The notes under the pieces: model-generated
Seen by the model: only the letters and a program-made list of their open reading frames with translations
Told to the model about the DNA's origin: nothing
Database searches by the model: none
Shown here: piece after piece, positions 12,455 through 24,456 of the stretch
Numbering within the stretch: the stretch's first letter is position 1
Layout of the letters: every line of letters starts with the position of its first letter
From: Vitrella brassicaformis CCMP3155
Lineage: Eukaryota; Protista; Chromerida
Assembly: GCA_001179505.1 (NCBI GenBank)
Contig: CDMY01000327.1
Coordinates: forward strand, 1-64,000
Reading direction: 5' to 3'
Length of the DNA stretch: 64,000 bases
Position numbers and translations under genes: made by a program

Positions 12455-13463
12455 TTGCAGAGTCGTGGATTTCCTTCGTCGCCGTCGCCTGGCCGCCCCC
12501 GACGCCGTCACGCCCCTCCCCACCACCGACGACTGGCCGCAGCTGCTGAGTGCCTTTGAGATGTACAACCTGATGGACTGTGTGTACCTGGCCATGATCG
12601 GCAAATCGCACAGCACCATACGCTGCCTCTTCAGGTGAGCACACACAGCAGAGAGAACGAGAACACACAACAGATAGGATCTGTTTATGTGTGTGGGTGT
12701 GTCAGCATGGCTGGTCGCACGAGGCTCTGTTCAACCGAGTGGCGGGCGCGAAGGGCGGTCTGCTCTTCGTCGTCGAAGCTGAGTGTGAGAGTGAGGGCCA
12801 CCGCCACATCTTCGCGTGCCTCATCGACGGCCCCCTCATCGCGCCAGCCGACCCTACAGCAGCGGTGCACACCGGCCGCGCCATCACCTTCTACTCCATC
12901 AGTGGCGCGTTCAAGGACGAGAGCATCGTCAACATCACAGTGCCGCACGACTGGCAGCGTGTGGAGGTCGCCGGCACGGATGGGGCGGTCAAGGGCACCA
13001 AGGGTGTGGGTGCCAATGTGGTCATCGGTGACGGCCGCTTGCGTTTGGGGTATGGAGGGATTGATGGTCGTTCGGCCACCGACCTCCACAGCTGCGAGCA
13101 GCGGGTGAAGAGGGACGAGCTGCCCGCCGGCAAAACATACCTGGACAGCTACGAAACCAACGGATGGGCCACTCTGGCGGGCAGCCATTGCTTCACCGCC
13201 CAGCGGCTGGAGGTGTATGAGGTCAGTCAGACCTCAAAGGAGGGGGACTGAGTTGATGTGTCCATGATGGACCGTTGTTGTCTGTGTGTCTGTCTGTCTG
13301 TCTGTGTGCAGGTGTTGACGACTCGTCCGGCCGACCCCATTCTGTCTGATGCGAAGCTGCAGGAGCTCATCGACATGACGGGCAATACCAATGCGACGGG
13401 GAAGCTGCTGTACAAGTGAGTGACCAGCCCACCGACAGAAGCAGTAGTGATGTCACTGATTCG

Positions 13464-13500
<37 letters not shown>

Positions 13501-14218
13501 TGTGTCTCAGGGGTGCCCGCGACGGCTGGAAGTACCCCACCATGGTGGCCAAGGTGGGCACCGCCACCAACCTGCTGCTGCTCATCAAGGACACCGGCGA
13601 CCACATCATCGCCGCCCACATCAACGGACAGCTTAAGCAGCCCGCCGACCTCACTGCCGTGGAGACGACCAAGTGCCCCGTGGCCTTCTACTCGGTGTGT
13701 GGCGCCTTCAGCGAGGCCGACGGCATCGTCGAGATCGAATTGTCGGAGGACCAGCAGTATGTGGTGGTCGCCGGCACATACGCCGGCACACAGGGGGCGG
13801 CCAAAAGCACCAAGGGTGTTGCCAATTTGTGCATCGGCGAGTGGCCCGGCTGCCTGGGGCTGGGGTGCTGCCTGTGGCTGGGGTATGGACAGAATGGTCG
13901 TCCAGCTGGCGACCTGCGTCGCTGCAAGCAGTTGATGAGCACGTGTGTGGTGGAGAGTTACGAGCTGCCCGGCGGCAAGACCTACCTGGGCAACTACCCG
14001 AGCATCACCAGCGGAGACGCCACCTTGGCTGCTGCTCAGTTCTTCACTTGTGTGGACATGGAGGTCTACACACTGCAGCAGGTGGGGCAGACAGACAGCT
14101 GGATGAGACGAGAGCAAGACCGGAGAGAAGTTGGGTACACATACACGGCACTGTGGTTTCCTGTGGCCTCCTGATTGCCTTTCAGCCTTCGAGTGTCACG
14201 TCGACCGGCAGCGGCTGA
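11607..14218 (+). CDS. BTB/POZ x2 + divergent TLDc x2 protein (expanded family)
   Basis: KCTD-type BTB segments (INVGG…EFPRDLL…LAVLLNRFDESLLKDTDGIPFIDADPRYF; LSVRVNGTTVATTDATL…LKDRF…VVDFLRRRR). Two TLDc-like units (CLFR|HGWSHEALF…LLFVV…FTAQRLEVYEV; LLYK|GARDGW…LLLLIKD…FTCVDMEVY). The first splice junction is uncertain. Confidence 0.75.
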
Positions 14219-14735
14219 GTGAGTGATGGGGGAGGAGCAGTGCGGTGGGGTTGGTCGTGGACGTGCGGCGGTGTGCCTCATGGGAGTGAATGGAGAGACA
14301 GAGGGCAGGGGAGGAGAGGGCACACCGGCTGTGTGTCTGTGTTGCCTCTGCTTGGATCGATTCGCTCTTTTATCCATCCTTCACGTTCATGCATATGCGG
14401 TCAGTCTGTGCGTGATTGAGTGGATTTAAACGCGCCCGACGGCCACCTGCCTGTCCGCAATTGACTCCCTTTATCCATCCCTATGCTGCATTGCATGCTC
14501 GGCTGCATGGACGTACGTACAGACTTTTGTGGACTGACATGCAATTCGATCTGAATGCTGCGTGTGTATCGTTTGAGTCATGTGAATCCACCCAGTCACG
14601 ATGATCTGTCCCTCTCATTCCTCCTCTCATCGATGGCTGTTTGCCTTACCGCGGCAGGCTGCTGTTCCTCCGGCAACAAAAACGAGTCAGAGCTAAATCG
14701 TTTCACGGACTCGATGTAAATCTCTTTCCAGGGAT

Positions 14736-16594
14736 ATGAACAGAGGAGGGGCGAGTTGTTCGTCGAGGGAGGCGCACAGGCACCCCGCTGCCGGATCATC
14801 AAGTGAGCGGAATAAGGCAGCCACCCTTATCGCCGTTTGTCACTGTGTGCGGCTGTGGCTGCCTGCAGGACCATGGCGGAGGAGATCTTTGTCGTTTCGT
14901 CTTCTCCTGGCTGTGGCTGCGGCTCTGTCGACGCCCTCGGCAACAGTCGAGGGGACAGAGCAGGTGCGCTTCCTTCTGATCTCGTCTGCATCGGAGAGGC
15001 GTGTGTCGTACATTCCCATCCAGGGGGAGGGGCCCCTCACCACACACATGGACCTGCGACCACTCATTAGTGTCAGTCGGCAAGAGGAGCAGCAGAAGGA
15101 TAAGGAGAATGAAGACGAAGAGCCAGCAGCAGCCCAGCAGCAGCCGGACACCAAGGCCCCGCCCTTTCTGGCGCAGCCGGCGGGCATCTGTGTGGACAAG
15201 CGGGCACATCGGCTCTATGTTGCTGAACCGCTCAGTCGCATGATCCTCTGGTATGGTCTGGCGGTGAAGGATGGCCAGCTGACAGCGGACGACGGGCCCC
15301 ATGTGGCACAGGACAACGTGGATGCTCGGTGGGTGGCCGTGGATGGGGCGGGGGACCTCTTCTGGACGGATAGCGACAACAACAAAATAATGGTGGGCCC
15401 GACCTGACAAGAGAGGACACGGCATCTAGCCTTGGCTTTTGTGGGTTTGTGCCCGTGCAGAAGGTGTCCACAGCGTGTTTATCGGACTCCGCCAATGCCT
15501 CCAAGCAGCCGTGCAACGCCACAGATGTCAACGGCACTGCAATGGAGCTTTACTCTGCACCGATCACCAACCAAGTCTCAGAACCAGCAGGCAAAACCAT
15601 ATGCACGCCTTCCGGTCTTTCCAATCATTCGAGTCTCCTATTTTGTTTTGTCTGTCCGGCAGGCGTCAAAGCGGACGTCAACCACGTCTATTGGGGCAAC
15701 CAAGTAGCGGGCATGCAAGACGGGTCAGTGCAGGCGAGACACGACAAAGCTCACGTGCGCACCTGCTAGGCTTTGTCGTTGTCTTCATCTAATTGTCGGC
15801 AGCGCACTCATCAAGGGCAACAAGACGACGGCAGGCGGGCTCAAGGTTCACACGCTGGCCAACAACACTGAGAAGGCCATCGGCGTCTGCGTGGCACCCA
15901 GACACATATTCTACACTGACGGGTGGGTGCGTGGTGACGAGCACATCTCGCCATGATCTCTTTCGTCCGCTTTGGTTCTTGTGCGTGCATTTGTAGTGAG
16001 TATGGTCGCATCTACGGTGTTCGTAAGGGTGGTTCAGCGGTGACAGTGGTGGCGCAGACAGGCCTATCGCAGCCCAGGGGGTGCACATGGGATGACGACA
16101 ACACCATTTTCGTCGCAGGTATGCATGTGTGCAGACACATGGGACGGGCCAGGTGTTTGGTGAATATATGTATCTCCCCTGCAGATAAGGGCTTGGGAAC
16201 TGTGTGGTCATTTGCTGCTGGGACCAGCCTCGCACCTAGAATGCTATCAAAGGTGGCTGAGTGCCTGCACGGGTGAGTGTATGTGTGCAGGTGTTCCTTT
16301 CCCTGTGTTTTGTGCAGCATCTGCCCGACCACTCGTTTCCTGGTGCGCTTGACGTGGCGCATTATGCCGTCGAGGCGCCGCAGTCGGACTCGATCATCAC
16401 CAAAACCGTCAAATACGTCTCATCAAGTGAGCCAAGAAAGAATGTCGTCATGTGGGTGTTGTGTGCAATGTGTCTTCTCCGTCTGTCTGTCTGGTCCGTG
16501 CAGTATTCGGCGGTGGGTGGACCAAGTAGCTTTGTTGGAGGCCATGCGTGTCCACAGAGACGAGGGCGTGCACGACCCAGTGTATGTCATATGA
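14736..16594 (+). CDS. Putative secreted NHL/YWTD-like beta-propeller protein
   Basis: Signal-like SLSFRLLLAVAAALSTPSATVEG; blades LAQPAGICVDKRAHRLYVAEP, DARWVAVDGAGDLFWTDSDNNKI, GVKADVNHVYWGN, GLSQPRGCTWDDDNTIFVADKG over about 7 exons. Start codon uncertain. Confidence 0.7.
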
Positions 16595-17108
16595 CGCGTA
16601 GTAGGGTGGAGAGGGATAGACCTCATTTCATGGATATCGTGCGTGAATCGTTGATGTTGTCACATAGGGCTCATTGAAGGTCTCTGGGTTGCCTAGCTGA
16701 CAGCGGGCCCAGTGGCTTGAATCAATCACACACACACACGCTCGCGCACCGATTCTCGTCGAATGCGTGTGGCTAAGTGCATTAAACTATTCTTAAGAAG
16801 CGCATTGACTCCAATCATATGTGTGTGCATTCATTCCCTGATGGACAAGTCTCCTCCTAATGTGGCCTTTATGGTGGACTGTCAGTCGTCAACAGCTGCA
16901 AATCGCACCTCAGTGTTGGGGTCACGGCGATAGCACTTTTTGATCGATCCGTGTGGCAGATAGACGAGGCCACACACACATGAATTGAATGCACACATCC
17001 GGGTGTCTGAGTCTGAGTGCACATCCATCTTTGGATGGGATGGATGGTCGTGCTGATCAAAATTTTGCACGTCAGAGAGCTGGAAGGGGTGGGTGGGTAG
17101 GGGGGTGG

Positions 17109-17408
17109 NNNNNNNNNNNNNNNNNNNNNNNNNNNNNNNNNNNNNNNNNNNNNNNNNNNNNNNNNNNNNNNNNNNNNNNNNNNNNNNNNNNNNNNNNNNN
17201 NNNNNNNNNNNNNNNNNNNNNNNNNNNNNNNNNNNNNNNNNNNNNNNNNNNNNNNNNNNNNNNNNNNNNNNNNNNNNNNNNNNNNNNNNNNNNNNNNNNN
17301 NNNNNNNNNNNNNNNNNNNNNNNNNNNNNNNNNNNNNNNNNNNNNNNNNNNNNNNNNNNNNNNNNNNNNNNNNNNNNNNNNNNNNNNNNNNNNNNNNNNN
17401 NNNNNNNN
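17109..17408. other. Assembly gap (300 N) flanked by GGGT-rich repeats
   Basis: N run; both flanks read gggtgggtaggggggtgg. Confidence 0.99.
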
Positions 17409-17837
17409 GGTGGGTGGGTAGGGGGGTGGGTGGTGGGGGGGTGGGTGGATTTGATTCCGCAACGGACGATCAACGAATGACTTGCCCACGCATTGAAAGA
17501 TGATCAAAATTGCACGGCACACACAGGCTGTACGATGGTCAAATCAATGCAGTCCACCATGCGCACACAATGCAGCGATCCATCTGCCACAGCATCCACC
17601 GATAGCCCACGTGACCCCTCCATCCCATCCAGTCATTGGCATCTCTGTGGGGCGATCAGCCCTCCACCGCCAACCGGCCTCCTCTCCTGTGGCATGATCT
17701 CGGCGAGTCGGTGCCTGGTCAGCAGATGGCGGGTCGACACACACACACACACACAGAGACGCACCAGTGCCATCCATGCACTCGAGGCATGCATCTTGTG
17801 TCTCTTCCCCACCACGGCTCACTTGTGTGCGTCTCCT

Positions 17838-20174
17838 CTACTCTGGTATGAGGTCGGCGAGCCCATGTTTGATCAGGAGGGGGCAGGCCAACGCAGCCAC
17901 TCCCCCTGTCGACTGGCCAGACAGAAACAGCCACTCGATCTCTGCCTCGGTCGTGTAGATGTCGATGCGGCCAACGCCCACGTGCAGATCGGCGGCGAAG
18001 GTGTCATCCTCCTTCATGCCCTTGAGGATGATGTGTCGCTCCCGATCGAAGCCGATGAAGTCGATGGTGGTGTGGCCGTCGATGGGATCGGTCAGCAGCG
18101 ACCGAGACTGTCCACGTAGAATACTTCCTTCCCGCCCACCCCCTCTTGAGCACACCAATCCCTCAACACCACCCACTTCATGAAGGCCGTGAACGAAGGG
18201 AACTCGAAGAAGACTGGGCAGTGTGAATCTTCAAGATAGCGGATGGGCGGGTTGTGGGGGTCGTATGTCTCACGGAAGCGATGCTGGGGAGGTAGGGCGG
18301 ACAGCGGCACCGTTTCGAAGCGACACTCGTGCTCGCCGCCCCCCCTCCCGATGCAATACCACTGCCGTGTCACCCCACCGCCCCCCTCGTCCCCCTCCTG
18401 TCCTTCCTCCTTCTTGTCCTTCTTGCTCTCACCAGTCGGGTCCTGTCCATCTTCTCGAGCGCCAGGCTGGTGCCCTTGTAGTTGAGGAGGTGGCCGAATG
18501 TGCTGTACTGGCGAAGGGCGAGGGGCATGGTGTGGAAGTCGGCCTTGGTGGGCAGGTGGGCCGCCATCCACTGCGCCGACATGATCAGCGGCAGACCAGT
18601 CGAGGGCGTCAGCTTGTAGATGTCGGCCAGCCGGATGAAGTCGGGCCACTCACACCACAGCGCCCCGCCCTGCTTGAGTGCATAGTAGCACTGGCACAGA
18701 TGACCGAAGTGCGCACTGCTGGTGGTGCAACTGCTACTGGTGGGAGTTCATCATGATGGAGGCGACGGCACTCACCCACTGCCACCCAGTAGACGGCTGC
18801 ACATACACACACACACACACAGACACACACAGAGACGCTGGGGGGAGACGGATCATTCATCGTGTGTGTGTGTGTCTTTCTTCTCTTTCTGACCTGCAGT
18901 GTGTAAATCTCCATATCGGCAGCCGGGAAGTTGACGCTGGAGGCCAGCATGGCTGCGCCCTCGTTGTCGATGGTCCCGACGTACGTCTTGTCGTCGGGCA
19001 GCTCCTTATTCCACACCCACACCTGGCAGCTGCGAAGATCGCCTGCCGGGCCGTGATCGCCAAGCCCCAACCACAGGCGGCCCTGGGCGATGCACACCTT
19101 GCCGCAGGGCATACCGTCATCGTCCGTCACCGCCCCCTGTGTGCCCGCCACCTCCACACGCTGCGCGTCCTCGGGCACCTCGATCTTGGTGATGCCGTCG
19201 CCCTCAAACGCGCCACGCACCGAGAAGAGCGACACACCACAAGGGGTCATCGCCTCTGCAGTGGGGTCGGCGGGCGGGGTGAGTCCGCCCTCGATGTGGG
19301 CGGCGACGACGGGGCCGCTGGGGTCTTTGAGGAGCGGCAGGAGGTCAGTGGCGTCGCCCACATTCTTGAACATGGCCTCCTGCTCTCAGCCGTCACGCTC
19401 ACCCCTGACAGACACAAAGCAGCAAGGGGATATCATTCACGAGTTACCAACAGCCTCCCTGTCGTCGGTGGCACACTTGTACAGCAGCTGTGGCGTCGCG
19501 TCCGTCATGCCGGTCAGGTCGACGAGTGCTCGCAGGTCAGACTCAGTCAGGATGGGGTCGGCCGGCACAGCACTCAACACCTGCACAGACAGTAGACAAC
19601 GATCTCATGATATCCCCAGCCAATTCTGTGCTCTCTGGTCGATGCCTGGCTGGCTGACCTGGAAGACCTCCACTCGCTGAGCGGTGGAGCAGTGGGTCTC
19701 GACGCCACAGAGGCTCACCTTATTGGGCCAGCAGCTGATGGTCTTGCCGACAAATTCCCTGCTGGCCGGCAGCTCCTTCTTCTCCACCCCCTGGCAGCAG
19801 TTGAGAAGGTCGTCAGTCGGGCCGTCCTTGCCACACCCCAGCCACAGGCGGCCCCTGGCGATGCACACCTTGCCCCATGGCACACCGTGGATGTTCGTCA
19901 CCGCTCCCTGTATGCCCGCCACCGTCACATGCTGCTCGTCCTGTGGCACCTCGATCTTGGTGATGCCCTCCTTGAACGCACCGCACACCGAGAAGAGCGA
20001 CACGGGGCAGTCAAAGCCCAGCACCGATGTGGGATCGGCCGGCAGGTGCAGCTGTGTGTCAGCAAAGACTGCGATGGTGTTGGTGTCGTCGCACTTGATG
20101 ACGAAGAGGAGGCCGCGGCGCCCCACCACACGCTGCGCCAGATTCCCATACGACGAACCGTGCAGCGAACTCCT

Positions 20175-20210
<36 letters not shown>

Positions 20211-21700
20211 GACAGACACACACACCGACGGGCGAATACACATTCGCCAAGAGAATGGCGCGATGCCCTTCGTTTGTCTGTTCTCACTTGAAGAGGCAGG
20301 TCATCTTGGGTTGTTCCTTGCCGATCATCTCGAGGATGGTCTGCATGACGTCGTTGGCGACTATGTTGGGGTACATGTCCTCGAGGACGCCGTACATCTC
20401 ACTCACACCCAGCAGCTCTTCCTCGTCGGCACACGTGGGCGGCGGGACGACGGCTGGGGTGGGTGCCGCAGCATCGGCTGTGTCTGCTGCTGTCCGGTGC
20501 ACGTCGATGAGGCCGGTGAGCTTGTTGTCCGTGAGGTGGCTGTCAATGTGACGCAGCACGAAGACCTCATCGACGAGTTGGGTGCCGTATGCCCTGCTGA
20601 TGGGGCGGGCCGAACAGACGGCCTCATCGATGGACAGGCACCGGTAGATGACGTCGCGGCACACCTCGGGCGGCAGGCCGTCGGCCAAGTCGGTGGGCTG
20701 GCGCGGCTTGGCCCAGCCGATGGGCCGAATGGTGCCCTTGATGCCACCCTCGACGTCGCGGAGCGCATCTTTAGCCGACGAGAGAGCGGTGAAGACGCTG
20801 AGCCACTTTTTGGCGAGAAAGGGCGTCTGCAAACACACACACACAGACAAACAGGGAGAGAGTGACGGCTGCAGTACTCTCTCGTGTGTGTGGTTGACCT
20901 GTGCGGCGACTGTGTTGTTGAAGAGCTGCTGCACACCGGCAGCCGCTTGTGAGACCTGCAGGCACCGCACACACACACACACACACACACAGAGCGAATG
21001 AAAGCACACCAGCAGTGATGCCATTGGGCCCATCATGCGCCACTTGCCTGATCTATTTGTGTGTGCAGCGATGCGATGCGCTCCTCCAGACGAACCAAGC
21101 CCTCACTGATGGGCTGCAACACATACACACACACACACGCACACACGCAATCACTGATGGACGTCTGTGTGCTCTCTGGCCTGAATGCATTCGCTTCTCG
21201 ATGATGCTTACCGGCGGCAGGCCGTCGGCCGAGTCGGCGGGAGGGGGCGGCTTGTCCCAGCCGATGGGCCGAATGGTGCCCCTGACGCCATCCTCGACGT
21301 CGCACAGCGCATCTTTAGCCGACGAGAGAGCGTCGAAGACGCTGAGCCACTTTTTGGCGAGAAATGGCGTCTGCAAACACACACAGACAACCAGGGAGAG
21401 AGTGACGGCTGCAGTACTCTCTCGTGTGTGTGGTTGACCTGTGCGGCGACTGTGGTGTTGAAGAGCTGCTGCACACCGGCAGCCTCGTGTGTGACCTGCA
21501 GGCACCGCGCACACACACACACAGTGGAGGAGACCACAGCAGTGATGCCATTGGGCCCATCATGCGCCACTTGCCTGATCTATTTGTGTGTGCAGCGATG
21601 CGATGCGCTCCTCCAAACGAATCAAACCCTCACTGATGGACTGCAACACACACACACACACACAGACACACGATGAATGATGGATGTGTTTGGAGAGGCG
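17838..21700 (-). CDS. Duplicated helical module + F-box-like + divergent TLDc x2 + lineage-specific C-terminal domain (frameshifted near the end)
   Basis: Exons PISEGLVRLEERIASLHTQIDQ|VSQAAAGVQQLFNNTVAAQ|TPFLAKKWL… occur twice. F-box-like LPPEVCRDVIYRCLSIDEAVCSARPISR. TLDc units 19605..20243 and 18609..19373 are paralogous to those at 12.7-14.1 kb. The C-terminal part changes frame near 18110. Start not defined. Confidence 0.65.
20675..21665. repeat. Tandem segmental duplication, about 530-545 bp period, covering three exons and their introns
   Basis: About 20675-21135 and about 21218-21665 are near-identical, e.g. cagcagtgatgccattgggcccatcatgcgccacttgcctgatctatttgtgtgtgcagcgatgcgatgcgctcctcca occurs twice. 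Confidence 0.9.
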
Positions 21701-21900
21701 CAGCTCCTGAGGCGCGCAGCGGTTTCATGAAGCACCCTAAGCAGCCTGACGGCCAAGTGGAGGAGCCTCATACAGCAACAGCAACAACAAATCTCACGCC
21801 AATTTCCGAAATCTCAGGCTCGTCACTAAAGAAGAGCGCCCTTCCTGCCTTCTCCGACTCTGAAGGCGCACGCGATTCGTCTGCGTCGCCCGCAGCCCCG

Positions 21901-23900
21901 ATGGACACCGACAGCCATCCCCCGTCATTCATGGAGAGCGACCCAGCCGTCCGCAGAGAGCAGGAAGACAGCGGCGGCCGCGTCAACACGGATGAGGACG
22001 AGAATGAGGCTGAGGAAGAGCCCGTGACCTATCTGCGGCTAGGGGTGGATTATGAGGTGGACCCGGCTGACACGGATATCAGCATACAGTGCGGGCGGAT
22101 ACGCAAGTTTGAGAACCTCGAGCAGTGCACCAACCTGCAGGTCAACGGGACGGGTCGAGCAAGGGAGGGGACGTAGCGGAAGAGAGAGGACCACGGCGTC
22201 TGCATGCTTTGTGTGTGTCGGCAGAGTTTGTGTCTGATAGCGAATCACGTGAGGGCGTTGGAGAATCTGGAGCATAATATCCACCTGACGCGCTTGGAGC
22301 TGTACCAGAACGCCATCACGCAGATCGCAAACATCAGCCACCTCACCCAGCTCAGGTCCGCAGGAGAGCGAAAGTCACGAACGAACATATGTGCTGGTAG
22401 CGGTGCATTTGTGGGCATGTGTCTGTCTTGTCTGTCCTTGTGGCTGCACTGTGTCTGTCGGTCAGGGTATTGGATCTGTCCTTCAATCAGATCCGCAAGA
22501 TAGAGAACATCGAGACTCTGGTGCAGCTCGAGAAGCTCTACCTGTCGAGCAACAAAATCACCAAGGTGAGCGACAAGGCGAGTAGGCAGGCAAACGAGCA
22601 GGACAGAGAATGCGCAGTGCACATGGCGTCATCTGATCAGATAGAGGGGCTGGACAATTTGGTGGGTTTGAAGCTCCTGGAGCTGGGCAGCAATCGGATA
22701 CGGGTACGAGCGGATCAGACAGACCACGCAGCGGCAGCACCAGATAGATAGATGGAGAATGTGCGAGGGTGACGGTGTGATTGATGTCTCTCTTGATATG
22801 ATGCCTGTCTGTCTGTCTTTCTGTCTGTCAGGTGATCGAGGGTGTGTCGCAGTTGCAGCAGCTTGAGGAGCTGCACCTGGGCAAGAACAAAATCACATCC
22901 ATGGTAGGTATACCGTACGCTCACATGGGCAAGGACACACAGACATGGGCCCATATCGCATTGCCTGTCGGTTCGTTTGCCATGCACCGGTCAATCAGGC
23001 GTTGCCGGTTCTCCCGAGGTTGACCACGCTGACCCTGCAGGTAGGGGAGAGGAGATGCAGCGCGTCGCTCCTACGAGTGACAGATGCTTCGCGTTGTTGC
23101 TCTCTTGTGTGCATTTGCCCCTCAGAGCAACCGTCTGGAGGAGTGGGACGCGTCCGTGTTCGCCAACACGGGCCTGCAGGAGCTGTACCTATCGCATAAC
23201 GCGCTCTCTAACGTGCCCCAGGACATATGCAGACTGGTACACTACAACTAGCAGCACACAACCAAGGCCTCCAACTCATCTGTGCGCCGGTCTGCCTCTC
23301 CCCGGGTGCGCGATAGGTGGAGCTGGAAACACTAGATTTGGCGTCGAATAAGATCGGCGACTTGGCGCCTCTGGCGGGTCTGATGAAAGTGGAGGACCTC
23401 TGGGTACGTTAACAGCACGTCACACACACAGCGACTCCTCTCATGTGAATGGCTGATTGGGTGACGATGGCTGGACGCCTTCACGTGTGTTTAGATGAAT
23501 GACAACGCAGTGGAGGACATCAAGCAGGTCGAACACCTGAAGGCCATCACCTCACTCAAAACGGTGCGCAGACGACAACAGTGACTAAACGGGTGCTCAA
23601 CCCTTATATATCACATTCACGTGTCGTTCTCTATGTGCGTATGTATGGGGTCTGTCTGTCTGTTCTGTGCGTCCCGTCCACCAGTTGTATCTGGAGAGGT
23701 GTCCGCTGCAGTACAAGCTAGGACCAGGGTATCGCATGGCCGTCACAAGCACACTGCCGGGCCTCAACCAGCTGGACGCCGCAGAGGTGCGGGCGACCAT
23801 CACGGTGCACACAAGGCCACTGGTGGGCCGGGTGGGGCAGAGAGCTGGGGGCGCCGACAGGAAAGAAGGGGGAGTAGTCAAGTCCATCATGAAGAGATGA
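21901..23900 (+). CDS. SDS22: Protein phosphatase 1 regulatory subunit SDS22 (PPP1R7), LRR protein
   Basis: About 10 exons of SDS22-type LRRs: GRIRKFENLEQCTNLQ|SLCLIANHVRALENL…LELYQNAITQIANISHLTQLR|VLDLSFNQIRKIENIETLVQLEKLYLSSNKITK|IEGLDNLVGLKLLELGSNRIR|…LHLGKNKIT…LYLERCPLQ, with LRR cap YRMAV…LPGLNQLDA. The ORF is open upstream to 21673, so the start is uncertain. Confidence 0.9.
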
Positions 23901-24456
23901 TGAGATGAGTGAGTGGTTGTTGGAGTGAGCGAGGTGAGTTTTTTGTGTGTGGATAGACGGACAGAAGCGTGTTTAGTGCATGCCTCCGTGCTGGTGACTC
24001 GCCAAAGTTACTGACTGTCTCGGCCGGCCCATTTATGCGATCGATTATGAAGATGCATCCACCCATACGACTGTGCAATCAATACACAGCTGACCAAGGA
24101 CCATCAGTGATAGATAGGTGCGGCTGCCAGGTCGCTGTCCAGCTGCCATTCATTCCTTCATCACACACGAACTCATATACAGTCGGTATCCAACACACGT
24201 ATACATACACACACGTGGAGTCTAGGAAGGAGGAGATGCTTTGGCCCTAGGCTAGGCGTCCCTTCCCCGGCACAAATACTGTTGATTAATTGAAGCACTG
24301 CGAATCCATAGTCACAACCCAAAGACACACGCAACGCAACCACATGTCTGAAACACGTCTCACTGTCACTTACTTTAATCTACAGAGCACAAGCCAAAGA
24401 AAAATCCTGACAAGACCGCAAATATATCCCCACACACATGTATCTATCAGCCCTCC

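Noticed and set aside
18678-19595. Long antisense ORFs (305 aa here; also 2947..3561, 19684..20865, 29796..30611, 59472..60176)
   Set aside because: Shadow frames of real GC-rich exons on the opposite strand; they read through microsatellite introns and show no domain signal.
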